From Clostridia bacterium (GTDB taxonomy: Bacteria; Bacillota; Clostridia; UMGS1810), in NCBI GenBank assembly GCA_017481205.1, contig JAFUPN010000014.1:17500-81499 (forward strand): a DNA stretch of 64,000 bases, read 5' to 3'. Numbering within the stretch: the stretch's first letter is position 1; every line of letters begins with the position of its first letter. This document shows, piece after piece, positions 63,351 through 64,000 of the stretch. Under the pieces are notes generated by a model. The model made no database searches. It worked only from the letters and a program-made list of their open reading frames with translations, and had not been told where the DNA came from. The position numbers were made by a program, and so were the translations under genes.

Positions 63351-64000
63351 CAGCTCCACTCCCTGTCGTTTGCCCACTCATTATTCCATTCATCTGTGGA
63401 TTCCCATATTCCGGGGTACTTATCGTGGATATGCTCAGCTATGAGTTCTTCATTAAGCTCATCAATACCGAGACCGGGCTTGTCTGGAACATTTACAAAG
63501 CCATCCTTAAAGAGCGGATTTTCAATACCGATAGCAAGGTCATTCCACCATGGAATATCAACACTGTGAAATTCAACTGCCATAACATTTTGCAAGGCTG
63601 ACGCAGTATGGATTGCCGCCATACAAGCAATCGGGCTTTCTGCCATATGTATTGCCATTCCAACACCGTACTTTTCGCACATATCGCCAAGCTTTTTGGT
63701 TTCAAGGGCACCGCCTATTGAAAGCAAATCGGGATGAGCTACAGAAATAGCATGCTTTTCCAAAAGAGGTCTGAAATTTTCCGCAAGATAAATATCTTCG
63801 CCTGTTGCAAGCGGAACATTACAGCTGCTTGAAATTTTTACATAATGGTCGGTAAGATGCCAGGGCTGAATATCTTCAAGCCAAGCAATATTGTACTTTT
63901 CAAGTCGTTTTGCAAATTTGATGCAATCCTCAATTGCTACATGTCCAAAATGGTCAATGGCAAGTGGAACCTCGTATCCTGCAACCGCTCTTACCTGTTT
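63350..64000 (-). CDS. Enolase-superfamily sugar-acid dehydratase (mannonate/galactonate dehydratase-like); the 5' end runs off the window
   Basis: The frame stays open to 64000. The C-terminal part reads ...AIDHFGHV...PLATGED...HPDLLSIGG...MAIHMAESPIA...VEFH...PGLGIDEL. Confidence 0.75.
   Translation of the reverse strand, partial: KQVRAVAGYEVPLAIDHFGHVAIEDCIKFAKRLEKYNIAWLEDIQPWHLTDHYVKISSSCNVPLATGEDIYLAENFRPLLEKHAISVAHPDLLSIGGALETKKLGDMCEKYGVGMAIHMAESPIACMAAIHTASALQNVMAVEFHSVDIPWWNDLAIGIENPLFKDGFVNVPDKPGLGIDELNEELIAEHIHDKYPGIWESTDEWNNEWANDREWS

Overview
This is a 64-kb chromosomal window. Gene content (SLH-anchored wall proteins, ytfJ/DUF2953/dacB sporulation block, thyX, glycyl radical enzymes, flavodiiron protein) suggests a low-GC, spore-forming, anaerobic Clostridia-type Firmicute. 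I support about 60 protein genes, 2 tRNAs, 1 riboswitch, 1 decayed IS element and several small repeat families. No rRNA or CRISPR was seen.

The left ~46 kb is an accessory mosaic:
1. Positions 1-11455, minus strand. A cobalamin riboswitch heads an 11.4-kb gene string. It encodes a 1924-aa S-layer-tethered protein with a transcobalamin-like module (alpha/alpha toroid plus DUF4430), a second SLH toroid protein, a membrane-anchored DUF4430 protein, EcfT and a fused EcfAA' ATPase. This is my top candidate for an undescribed system: wall-anchored B12 capture.
2. tRNA-Leu, with a 34-bp duplication of its 3' end.
3. An AraC-controlled glycyl radical enzyme (GRE) locus with an EamA transporter and an activase. 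The GRE reading frame is broken.
4. A MATE transporter and tag.
5. A leaderless 1221-aa protein built from three tandem multicopper-oxidase-like repeats.
6. A two-component system (intramembrane-type kinase) bracketed by paralogous 2-TM mini-proteins. A shared AACA-N7-AACA motif lies upstream of three transcription units, one of which leads to cls.
7. A BlaI/sensor-less BlaR1 operon followed by two membrane-anchored proteins. These share a near-identical N-terminal 23 aa.
8. An ABC exporter, a CYTH protein, an RpiB-like protein and a miniature IS150-like relic.
9. A small sulfite-reductase-like Fe-S protein followed by a BtuFCD-type importer.
10. zupT and a flavodiiron gene bracketed by 57-nt hairpin repeats.
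11. A second, short, orphan GRE with its own AraC regulator.
12. A 430-bp gene-free tract with a 4+4 convergent TCGATATG array.

The right ~18 kb is ordinary housekeeping (tRNA-Arg, tmk-thyX, tagA-like, aminotransferase, dipeptidase, yraN-rnhB-rbgA-lepB-rplS, scpAB, sporulation genes). It is followed by a sugar-acid catabolic cluster. All functional calls rest on motifs I read in the translations. No database search was possible.
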